Assembly (NCBI GenBank): GCA_050950145.1
Contig: JBMNHB010000001.1
Span: 1-51,135 of the forward strand
Direction of reading: 5' to 3'
DNA length: 51,135 nucleotides
Origin: Candidatus Dojkabacteria bacterium
GTDB lineage: Bacteria > Patescibacteriota > Dojkabacteria > SC72
Shown one piece after another: positions 43,196-51,135 of this stretch (positions are counted from its first letter, which is position 1; the number at the start of each line of letters is the position of its first letter). A program made the position numbers and the translations under genes. The notes beneath the pieces are model-generated. The model did not search any database, was not told the origin of the DNA, and worked only from the letters and a program-made list of their open reading frames with translations.

Positions 43196-44912
43196 TTTTC
43201 AATTTTTGTAAAATTTTAGTTACTTTTTGTAATTTTTCTAAAGCTAAATTTTTTTCCTCTTCTTTCTCTAATTCTTCACTCATAGCTATCTTGCTAACAA
43301 GGTTTTTCTGTATATTTTTGTAATATGTGACCTTTATCTTCTTTTTAATGTCTTTAATTTCATCTTCTAACTCTACATCGTTTGGTAAGTCCTTTGCATT
43401 GAATATCATGTCCTCTAAAATCTCTTGTATTTCTTCTTTTTTGCCTAAAATTTTTAGTAAATCTTCTCTACTACTCTTTTTGCTTTCTTTTTTAATTATT
43501 CCATATATGTCTAATATCTCTTTGTCTTTAATAAATTTTTCTTCAATGAAGAAATCTTCTTTTCTTTTTTCTGCAAAAAGTAATAATTGGATATATTTTG
43601 TGAATAGGGTTTCTTTTCTCTTTTCTTTTTTCTCCTCTTTCTCAACACTTTCTTTTTTCCTTTTGTTCTGTTCTTTTCCTTTTGTGTTGTACTGGATTCC
43701 TGTAATTTCTTCTAATTTTCTTGTATACAGAGCTTTCGTATTAATATCTTTTACAGCTTCTAAAAGTGGTTTAATATTTTTTCTAATAGTATTAATATCT
43801 TCTAATTTGTTGAAATCTTTTCCTTCAATTTCTTGAGAGAGGATATATGAGAAAGCTTCTTTTTTGTTTTTAATCAAATGCTGAAATTTCTTAGAATCTT
43901 TCTGTATTAGGTCATCAATATCTTTGTATGGAGCAGGAGTAGCTGCATATGGATTCATATCTAACTCTGAGGCAATTGTAAATGCTCTCTTTAGAGCACT
44001 ATATCCTGCACTATCACTGTCAAAAAAGAAGAGGAGATTCTTAGTTAGTGGTAGTAGGGATTCTAATTGTTGTTTTGTTAAACTTGTACCAAGTGGAGCG
44101 ACTATATTCTTAACCCCCGCTTGATATGCGGATATTACATCTGTTGACCCCTCACATATTATTGCTAAATCTTCTTTCCTTATCTCTTGTCTTGATTCAT
44201 ATTGTGCGAAAAGATTGTATGATTTATGGAATAATGGGGTTTCGGGTGTATTCATATATTTGGGTCCATATTCATTACCAGCATTTTGTCTTGCTGTAAA
44301 ACCAATTACATCACCCCTTCTAGAACGAATAGGGAACATTATTCTATCAAAGAATTTTTCTCTCATCTTTCCTTCTTTTTGAACAAACAGACCTGAATCT
44401 TCTAATGCTTTCTTGCTATAACTACCAGATTTTTTAATCTGTAAGAGTAAATCTGGATATTTTGGAGAATATCCAATGGCAAACTTTTTAATTGAATCTT
44501 TGTTAATTCCTCTACCTAGTACATATTCTAATGCCTTTTTATCTCTCAGTAATTGATTGTAGTAATATTTTGTTGCAATGTAGTTTATCTCCTTAATCTC
44601 TTTATGCTTAGTATTTGGTTTTGTTCTTTTAAGCTCTACCCCTGCAACTTTTGCTAATTTCTCAAGAGCTTCTACAAAATCAATATTTTCAATTTCCTGA
44701 ACAAAATTAAAGATGTCTCCTGACCTATTACAACCAAAACATTTGTATCGCTGAATATCTGGACTTACGATAAATGAAGGGGTTTTTTCTTTATGAAATG
44801 GGCATAGTCCTACATAGTTTTTACCTGTTTGTTTCAACCTTACATACTTCTCAATAATTTGGACAATATCTATTCTTTCTTTTATCTCTTCTACTTGGTT
44901 GTTTGGCTCCAT
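43188..44912 (-). CDS. dnaG: DNA primase
   Basis: Zinc finger CPFHKEKTPSFIVSPDIQRYKCFGCNRSGD and TOPRIM (ICEGSTDVIS, FFDSDSAG). The ATG at 44912 lies 7 nt after TGGTATAAT (44920-44928); the ORF-track start at 44939 would cover that promoter. Confidence 0.88.
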   Translation of the reverse strand: MEPNNQVEEIKERIDIVQIIEKYVRLKQTGKNYVGLCPFHKEKTPSFIVSPDIQRYKCFGCNRSGDIFNFVQEIENIDFVEALEKLAKVAGVELKRTKPNTKHKEIKEINYIATKYYYNQLLRDKKALEYVLGRGINKDSIKKFAIGYSPKYPDLLLQIKKSGSYSKKALEDSGLFVQKEGKMREKFFDRIMFPIRSRRGDVIGFTARQNAGNEYGPKYMNTPETPLFHKSYNLFAQYESRQEIRKEDLAIICEGSTDVISAYQAGVKNIVAPLGTSLTKQQLESLLPLTKNLLFFFDSDSAGYSALKRAFTIASELDMNPYAATPAPYKDIDDLIQKDSKKFQHLIKNKKEAFSYILSQEIEGKDFNKLEDINTIRKNIKPLLEAVKDINTKALYTRKLEEITGIQYNTKGKEQNKRKKESVEKEEKKEKRKETLFTKYIQLLLFAEKRKEDFFIEEKFIKDKEILDIYGIIKKESKKSSREDLLKILGKKEEIQEILEDMIFNAKDLPNDVELEDEIKDIKKKIKVTYYKNIQKNLVSKIAMSEELEKEEEKNLALEKLQKVTKILQKLKNE

Positions 44913-44942
44913 TGTTGCAATTATACCATTAAAACCCAATTC

Positions 44943-45878
44943 CTATTCACATTTAATACTATTATTTTCTACAGTACATTCCATTCCTGCCACACCTTTT
45001 TCAGTTGTTGGTGGCCAAGCAAGTAATTCTTCATTGAAATACACTCTTGTATTACTCACTCTTCCAGAGACTATGTGTAACTTGTCTTTAATTTCATATT
45101 CATTAGTAGATGGTTGTACAACCTGTGATAATTTGTTCTCGTTATCTATATCCAACTTAATCCATGCAGCAGAATCAAAGATTTCCAACTTTATCTTGTT
45201 GACTATTATTTCTTCTTTTGGCTCTTCGGTAGGTTTAGTGTAGGTAACCTTTATCGTTTCTACCATCTCTAGTACGCTGTTGTTGTTTTTCTTTGCTTTA
45301 ATTGTAATTAAATTACTTCCCTCTACTAAAGTAATTTCTTTTTGGAATTCTCCATTTTCATTTGTTTCTACTACAACATCATTGATTTCAATAGCTACAT
45401 CTTTTTCTGTTTTGCCAATTACTTTTATATTCTCTTCTGTTATAGTAGATTCGTTTTTAGGAGAGGAGATAGTTAGTTGGGGAGGTTTTTGAAATTTATA
45501 TATCTGGTATCCGATGTATCCAATGATAAGGAAAGAGAATACTATGAGTAACACTGTTATTACTACCTTTGGAGTTATCACAAACTCTCTCTTTTTTCTT
45601 GTTGTGTAAGTATTTTTAGGTGTGTTTTCTTTTTTCTCTTTTGGTATGGGATTTGTTCTTCTGTAGAGTGCTAGGACTTTTTCAACATCTAAGTTTAGAT
45701 ACTTTGCATATATTTTTATAAATCCTGTAAGAAACACTTCTGATTCAAAAGGAAAAAACTCATCTTTTTCAATATATTGTAAGAATCGTTTTTGAATTTT
45801 TGTTTCTGAAGATGCTGTATCTAAGGATATCTTTAGTCTTTCTCTTTTGTTTTTTAATACTTCTCCTACTGTAATCAT
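44943..45878 (-). CDS. RodZ-like HTH membrane protein
   Basis: N-terminal HTH (VGEVLKNKRERLKISLDTASSETKIQKRFLQYIE), a single TM and a beta-rich C-terminal domain. The ATG at 45878 lies 5 nt after TAGAAT; the ORF-track start is TTG. Confidence 0.5.
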   Translation of the reverse strand: MITVGEVLKNKRERLKISLDTASSETKIQKRFLQYIEKDEFFPFESEVFLTGFIKIYAKYLNLDVEKVLALYRRTNPIPKEKKENTPKNTYTTRKKREFVITPKVVITVLLIVFSFLIIGYIGYQIYKFQKPPQLTISSPKNESTITEENIKVIGKTEKDVAIEINDVVVETNENGEFQKEITLVEGSNLITIKAKKNNNSVLEMVETIKVTYTKPTEEPKEEIIVNKIKLEIFDSAAWIKLDIDNENKLSQVVQPSTNEYEIKDKLHIVSGRVSNTRVYFNEELLAWPPTTEKGVAGMECTVENNSIKCE

Positions 45879-45938
45879 GGCCAATTCTACTACTATTTGT
45901 AAGGATTAGGAAGGTATGGGAAATTATTGAGGAGTTTA

Positions 45939-48179
45939 TTAATACTTGTTCTCTGCATCATCACCTAGAATTTCTGAAACATCCTTTACTAAAACCTTTC
46001 TTGGTTTTGAACCCTCTTCTGGTCCAATTGCTCCAGCTTCATAGAGTTCATCTATTATCCTTGCTGCTTTGTTGTATCCAATTCTCATCTTTCTTTGTAG
46101 GAAAGATGCAGATGCTTTCTGGGTTAGTACTACAACCTCAAGAGCTTTACCAAAATCAGGGTCTCTCTGTGAACTAGGTGTTGTGCCTACTTCTCCAGGC
46201 GCTTGTTCCATAGCACTAGTTAAGCTTGAAGAATATTCAATATCCTCTCCCTTTACTTGGGATTTAATTGCATTAACGATATTTTCAGTATCTTCTGTAG
46301 AAGTAAATGTTCCCTGTATTCTAAGAGATTTCGGTGTTGTTTGATCTTTGTACAACATATCTCCATTACCAAGCAATGTCTCTGCTCCAGCCTCATCTAA
46401 AATTACTCTAGAGTCAATGAGAGTAGAAACTGCAAATGCCATTCTTCCTGGGATATTAGATTTAATGAGTCCTGTGATAACATCAACGGTTGGTTTCTGT
46501 GTAGCAAGTATTAAGTGTATACCTACTGCTCTTCCCATCTGTGCAAGTCTTTGGATTTTAGTCTCTACCTCTATACCAGAAGTAAGCATTAAATCTGCCA
46601 TTTCATCAATAACTACAACAATGTATGGCATAGCAGTAAAGCCCATTTTTGCATTGTATTCTGCTAATTTTTTAGTATGAGTCTGCTTTAACTGAGTGTA
46701 TCTTCTCATCATCTCCCTAATTACCCACTCAAGAGCATTTGTAATTAATGCAACATCTGTAATTACTGGAGTTAAAAGGTGTGGTATACCATTGTACATA
46801 CCCATCTCTACACCCATCTTAGGGTCTACCATAATGAATTTAACTTCATCTGGAGTTTTTGTCATGAGTAGACCTGCAAGTAGGGAGTTAATAGCCACAG
46901 ATTTACCAGTACCTGTTGCTCCAGCTACAAGTAGGTGAGGAATCTTTCCTAAGTCTTTAATTGTTGTTTTACCAGTAATATCTTTCCCTAAAATCAAAGG
47001 TAATTCATATCTATCAGCCTCTTGTCTTAACTTCTTAACCATATCTTTGGTGTATACAAAGTTTGGAGTAGGATTTGGTATTTCAACTCCAATAAATGAT
47101 GTTCCAGGAATTGGTGCTTCAATTCTAATTGATGCAGTCTGAGAAGCTAATGCTAGTGCTAAATCATTGCTAAGATTTTTGACTTTAGCAACCTTTGTTC
47201 CTGTACTTATACTTAAAGAGAATCTTAGAACTGTAGGTCCTACAGCAATAGCTACAACTTTAGATTGAATTCCGAAATTCATAAGTGTTCTTTGTATGAC
47301 AAGAGCTTTTTCTTTATATAGTTTTTCATCTTGTTGTTGTACTTCTTTCTCTTGTAGTATATCTATACTTGGAAATACCCAATCTGTATATCTTGGAGTT
47401 TGCTGTTGTTCTCCATCTCCCTCATCCCCCTTTATATTTGCAATTACTTTTTCTGTTTCAAGATCCATCTCTTTCTGTTTTTTATCTCCATGAAGAATTT
47501 CATCTAATTTCTTCTCAGTCTCAGCAGTTGAAGACTCTATATATGGTTCTGTATCATCATCTATCATTTCATTCCCACTTTGTATTTTAATATCGTCTTC
47601 CTTCTTACCTAAGTTTAACTTTTTAAAGAAAGAAAGTAGCTTTGAAGGTTCTTTAGTACCTTCACCTGTGGGTTCTGGTATTGAATCTTCTAAGAAATCT
47701 CTAATTTGTTCTAGTGTAGTTCCTGTTATAAGTGAAAATGCTACAACAAGTGAAATTATTACAATTATTATCTCAATTGCACCTCCAAATACTCCATTAA
47801 GTGAAACATGAAGTATTTTTCCTAATTCTCCTCCTGCACTTTGAAGTGCTTCTGGATTTTCTAATTGTTCTGGTTGTTGCCAGAAGGAAAGAAGAATAGA
47901 TATACATGCAGAGAAAAGAAATATGCCGATTGCTTGTCTTACTGAAATAAATTTCCGAGATTTAAGTAGTAAGAACATGGATATGTATATGAGGAAGATT
48001 CCCCATGGTATTGCCGAGTATCCAAAAATTAGTGCAATTTTATCAAAAAGGATTGATTGTGTTGTAAGGAATGGTGAGCTTACTACTATTAGTCCACCTA
48101 CAAAAAGTATGGTTCCAAAAAGGATTTTACTTTCACTGCTTTTGATTGTTAATTGTTCTTTTTTCTTCTTACGGGGCAT
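45939..48179 (-). CDS. ftsK: DNA translocase FtsK/SpoIIIE
   Basis: N-terminal TM helices, Walker A VAGATGTGKS and a C-terminal gamma wHTH (ASASFLQRKMRIGYNKAARIIDELY). Confidence 0.92.
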   Translation of the reverse strand: MPRKKKKEQLTIKSSESKILFGTILFVGGLIVVSSPFLTTQSILFDKIALIFGYSAIPWGIFLIYISMFLLLKSRKFISVRQAIGIFLFSACISILLSFWQQPEQLENPEALQSAGGELGKILHVSLNGVFGGAIEIIIVIISLVVAFSLITGTTLEQIRDFLEDSIPEPTGEGTKEPSKLLSFFKKLNLGKKEDDIKIQSGNEMIDDDTEPYIESSTAETEKKLDEILHGDKKQKEMDLETEKVIANIKGDEGDGEQQQTPRYTDWVFPSIDILQEKEVQQQDEKLYKEKALVIQRTLMNFGIQSKVVAIAVGPTVLRFSLSISTGTKVAKVKNLSNDLALALASQTASIRIEAPIPGTSFIGVEIPNPTPNFVYTKDMVKKLRQEADRYELPLILGKDITGKTTIKDLGKIPHLLVAGATGTGKSVAINSLLAGLLMTKTPDEVKFIMVDPKMGVEMGMYNGIPHLLTPVITDVALITNALEWVIREMMRRYTQLKQTHTKKLAEYNAKMGFTAMPYIVVVIDEMADLMLTSGIEVETKIQRLAQMGRAVGIHLILATQKPTVDVITGLIKSNIPGRMAFAVSTLIDSRVILDEAGAETLLGNGDMLYKDQTTPKSLRIQGTFTSTEDTENIVNAIKSQVKGEDIEYSSSLTSAMEQAPGEVGTTPSSQRDPDFGKALEVVVLTQKASASFLQRKMRIGYNKAARIIDELYEAGAIGPEEGSKPRKVLVKDVSEILGDDAENKY

Positions 48180-48268
48180 GTATGAGTATATAATAGGATA
48201 TTATAGGGGAATTTTCAAAGGGGAGTATTTTTTTGTTTGTAAAGCATCTTTTAAATACTATAAAACCG

Positions 48269-48297
48269 TTGACTTACTAGTATAAATATAGTATACT
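48269..48297 (+). promoter_or_regulatory. Candidate rpoB promoter TTGACT-N17-TATACT
   Basis: The -35 is at 48269-48274 and the -10 at 48292-48297. This would give a leader of about 110 nt. Confidence 0.5.
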
Positions 48298-48413
48298 CCT
48301 CAAAGTCGCTTGATTTTATGATCGTAAAAGTGGTGTTATGTAGGTCTTTTGCGGACTTTTTGGGCATCACTTTATTCAAGTAATATGTTATAACATAACT
48401 AAAAATTTATCCT

Positions 48414-51135
48414 ATGCTAAAACCAAAAATTAACAGGTCTGGGAGATTAAACCTGGGTTTAAACTATTCAGGAGATTTTGAATTCCCAAATTTAATTGAA
48501 GCTCAGATTAATTCTTTTGAAGCTTTTAAGAAGGAAGGCTTTAAAAATCTCTTTTCCGAGATTAATCCTGTCAAGGATACTATGGAGAAGATGTGGACTT
48601 TGGAATTTAAAGACTTTAGATTAGGTGATACATATAGAACTGTTGAAGAAGCAATTAAGAAAGGTTTGTCATATGAAGTTCCAGTATTTGGAAAGGTCCA
48701 ATTAATGAACAATAGGACAGGGGAGATTAAAGAGCAAGAAATCTTCATTACAGACTTACCAATAATGACTCATGAAGGGGTTTTCATTTTTAATGGAGAC
48801 AGAAGAGTTGTTACACACCAGATTGTTAGAGCAGAAGGTGTCTTGTATGAAGAGTCTGATAAGTTACCAACAAGAACTCTTTACAAGGTGAGATTGATGC
48901 CAGGTAAAGGTCCATGGTATGAGATAGATACAAATAGACACAATGTAATTTCAATGAGAATCCTTCCAAAAAGACCTAAGGTTTTAATTACAGAGCTTTT
49001 AAGAGTCTTTGGGTGGGAGAGTGACGATGAGATTAGAAAGCTTTTTACGGATGTAGATACACATGAGGAGTATAAGTATATAGAATCTACACTTGCTAGA
49101 GATTTTACAAAGAACAAAGAAGAAGCAGTCATCAGTATCTACAACAAATTAAGACCAGATGAGTCTGTAACATTAGAAAGTGCAGAGAGATATATTAAAA
49201 GTAATTTCTTTAATGTTAGAAAGTTTAACTTAGGTAGGATTGGTAGATATCAATTAAATAGGAAGCTTGGAACTACATATGATATTAATGATCCTGAACA
49301 GACAATTTTGTATCCCATGGATATTGTTTTAATTGTTAAGAAACTAATTCAGATTAATAATGGAGTAGTAGAACCAGATGATATTGATCACCTTTCAAAC
49401 AGAAGAGTTAGAAGTGTAGGTGAAATTCTTGAAAGACAGTTAAATGCAGCTATTAGAAGATTGGAGAAGAATATTAAGGATAAAATGAGTTTGTATGGAC
49501 AAGATGCAAAAGTCACACCTTCTATGCTTGCAAGTACAAAACCAATAGCAGCTGCAATTCAATCATTTTTTGGTACAAATGCACTTTCTAGTTTCATGGA
49601 TCAAATCAATATTTTGTCTGAATTGGAGAATAAGAGAAAAGTTACAGCAGGTGGTCCAGGTGGTATTGCAAAAGAGAGAGCAACATTCTCAATTAGAGAG
49701 GTACATAACTCTCATTATTCAAAGTTTGATCCTGTAACAAGTCCAGAGTCTTCAAATATTGGTGTTGTTGTTCAATTAGCAACATTAGCAAGAATTAATG
49801 AATTTGGTTTCTTGGAAGCTCCATACAGAAAAGTTGAAAACAAAGTTAAGAATACACAGAAGGATTTACTAAACAGAATACTAGCAGAAGATGTAAAGAA
49901 GATTGCAAAGGCAGGTACATTAGTTGATGCAAAGTTAGTAGAGAAGATTGCTAAAGAAAAATCTGTTAAAGAAGTTTCCGTTAAACCATTTATAACGGAC
50001 AAGATAGAATATTTAGATGCAATGGAGGAGGAGAAGTTCCATATTGGTTCTGCTACTCTTTCAAAGGATGAATTTGGAAATATCACTGATACGCTACTTC
50101 CTGTTAGGTATAAGGGAGAGTTCTTGCTTGAGGATGTTAACTTGGTAGGCTATGTAGATGCTTTAGCAAATCAGCAAGCAGGTCTTGGTATGTCTCTAAT
50201 TCCTTTTGTATCTCATAATGATGCAATGAGAGCTTTAACAGGAGCTAACCAACAGAGACAAGCGGTTCCTTTGGTAAAACAGGAAGCTCCATTTGTAGGT
50301 ACAGGTATGGAAGAGATTGTTGCAAGGCAATCAGAGTGGGGAATATTTGCTGAAGATGATGGTGAAGTTCTTTACACCGATGCAGAGAGAATCTCTGTTA
50401 AATACAAGAAAGAGGGAGTAAAAGATTACAACTTAGTGTCATTCTATAGAAGTAACGAGAACACATCATTTACACAAAAGCCAGTCGTAAAAGTCGGAGA
50501 TAAATTTAAGAAGGATGATATTTTAGCTGATGGTCCTACTATGGTGGATGGAGAATTCTCAATTGGTATTAATCTTAGAGCAGCTTTAATGTTCTATGAA
50601 GGATATAACTATGAAGACTCAGTAATCATTTCAGATAGAATAGTTAGAGACGATCTACTTACTTCTGTTCATATTAGAGAGCATTCAGTAGATATTAGAG
50701 ATACAGAATTAGGACCAGAGATGATTACTGCTGATATACCCCATGTTAATGATAGGATTTTACAGAAATTAGATATTCAGGGTATTGTTAGATCAGGTGT
50801 ACATGTAAAAGCAGGAGATATTCTAGTTGGAGTAGTTGCACCAAGAGGAGAGAAGGAACTAACAGCAGAAGAGAGATTGCTTAGAGCAATATTTGGAGAA
50901 TCAGCAAGTGATGTTAGGGATAACTCCTTAAGAATACCACATGGAGAAGAAGGTATCGTGATTAGAAGTCTGATGCTTTCAACTGATAAGGGAGATAAAT
51001 TACCTCCAGGAGTTTTACATCAAGTAAAGGTATGGGTCGCAAATACAAAGAAAATTGGTTTTGGAGATAAGATTGCAGGAAGACACGGAGACAAGAATAC
51101 TGTCGCGGCAATCAGACCAGTAGAAGATATGCCAT
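48414..51135 (+). CDS. rpoB: DNA-directed RNA polymerase beta subunit (3'-partial, runs off the window)
   Basis: Uninterrupted frame from the ATG at 48414 to the window end. It contains EAQINSFEAF, DDIDHLSNRRVRSVGE, GFLEAPYRKV and GDKIAGRHGDKN. It is missing from the ORF track only because no stop lies inside the window. Confidence 0.95.
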   Translation, partial: MLKPKINRSGRLNLGLNYSGDFEFPNLIEAQINSFEAFKKEGFKNLFSEINPVKDTMEKMWTLEFKDFRLGDTYRTVEEAIKKGLSYEVPVFGKVQLMNNRTGEIKEQEIFITDLPIMTHEGVFIFNGDRRVVTHQIVRAEGVLYEESDKLPTRTLYKVRLMPGKGPWYEIDTNRHNVISMRILPKRPKVLITELLRVFGWESDDEIRKLFTDVDTHEEYKYIESTLARDFTKNKEEAVISIYNKLRPDESVTLESAERYIKSNFFNVRKFNLGRIGRYQLNRKLGTTYDINDPEQTILYPMDIVLIVKKLIQINNGVVEPDDIDHLSNRRVRSVGEILERQLNAAIRRLEKNIKDKMSLYGQDAKVTPSMLASTKPIAAAIQSFFGTNALSSFMDQINILSELENKRKVTAGGPGGIAKERATFSIREVHNSHYSKFDPVTSPESSNIGVVVQLATLARINEFGFLEAPYRKVENKVKNTQKDLLNRILAEDVKKIAKAGTLVDAKLVEKIAKEKSVKEVSVKPFITDKIEYLDAMEEEKFHIGSATLSKDEFGNITDTLLPVRYKGEFLLEDVNLVGYVDALANQQAGLGMSLIPFVSHNDAMRALTGANQQRQAVPLVKQEAPFVGTGMEEIVARQSEWGIFAEDDGEVLYTDAERISVKYKKEGVKDYNLVSFYRSNENTSFTQKPVVKVGDKFKKDDILADGPTMVDGEFSIGINLRAALMFYEGYNYEDSVIISDRIVRDDLLTSVHIREHSVDIRDTELGPEMITADIPHVNDRILQKLDIQGIVRSGVHVKAGDILVGVVAPRGEKELTAEERLLRAIFGESASDVRDNSLRIPHGEEGIVIRSLMLSTDKGDKLPPGVLHQVKVWVANTKKIGFGDKIAGRHGDKNTVAAIRPVEDMP

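Noticed and set aside
44913-44939. ORF-track N-terminal extension MGFNGIIAT of DnaG
   Set aside because: These codons cover a TGGTATAAT box that sits 7 nt before the next ATG (44912). That spacing matches the promoter-to-ATG spacing seen at many other genes in the window.
1-51135. Alternative genetic code (UGA recoding, as in some CPR lineages)
   Set aside because: All long conserved genes (dnaA, rpoB, ftsK, valS, rnj) are open in the standard code. TGA also terminates ORFs at sensible ends, for example at 1820-1822 and 5301-5303.
1-51135. CRISPR arrays, IS elements, integrases, prophage
   Set aside because: No regularly spaced direct repeats were seen, and no transposase, integrase or phage structural motifs in any frame.

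Overview
This is a low-GC, gene-dense bacterial chromosome segment read with the standard code; TGA is used as a stop. It contains the replication-origin neighbourhood: dnaN and dnaA, diverging from rpmH-rnpA-yidD-yidC-jag. A cluster of DnaA boxes sits in the dnaA-dnaN spacer. Small housekeeping proteins, scattered type IV pilus parts, DUF4012/PEGA envelope genes and a truncated ValRS are consistent with a reduced, CPR/Patescibacteria-like genome; this is inference, not a taxonomic assignment. Other core genes are rpoB (3'-truncated, and absent from the ORF track because it runs off the window), rpoD, dnaG, ftsK, ftsA, rnj, valS, metG, rsmA and hsp20. RNA genes are a tmRNA, two tRNA-Ser and one tRNA-Arg. 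No CRISPR array, transposase or integrase was seen. The most unusual element is a single ORF that fuses a complete, apparently cleavable LexA to a DNA amino-methyltransferase. It converges on a candidate restriction endonuclease next to a tRNA pair, which suggests an SOS-wired restriction-modification module. Other accessory items:
- an HTH-ImmA/IrrE plus PIN-like pair, with a textbook promoter bracketed by a 12-bp inverted repeat;
- an orphan two-gene cassette with its own promoter, a structured leader, and nested hairpins in its leader and just past its 3' end;
- a GC-rich structured intergenic element upstream of valS;
- a pseudo-receiver response regulator beside oriC;
- a recurrent TGnTATAAT-N5-9-ATG pattern implying many leaderless mRNAs.
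All product calls come from motif recognition by eye. No database search was run.
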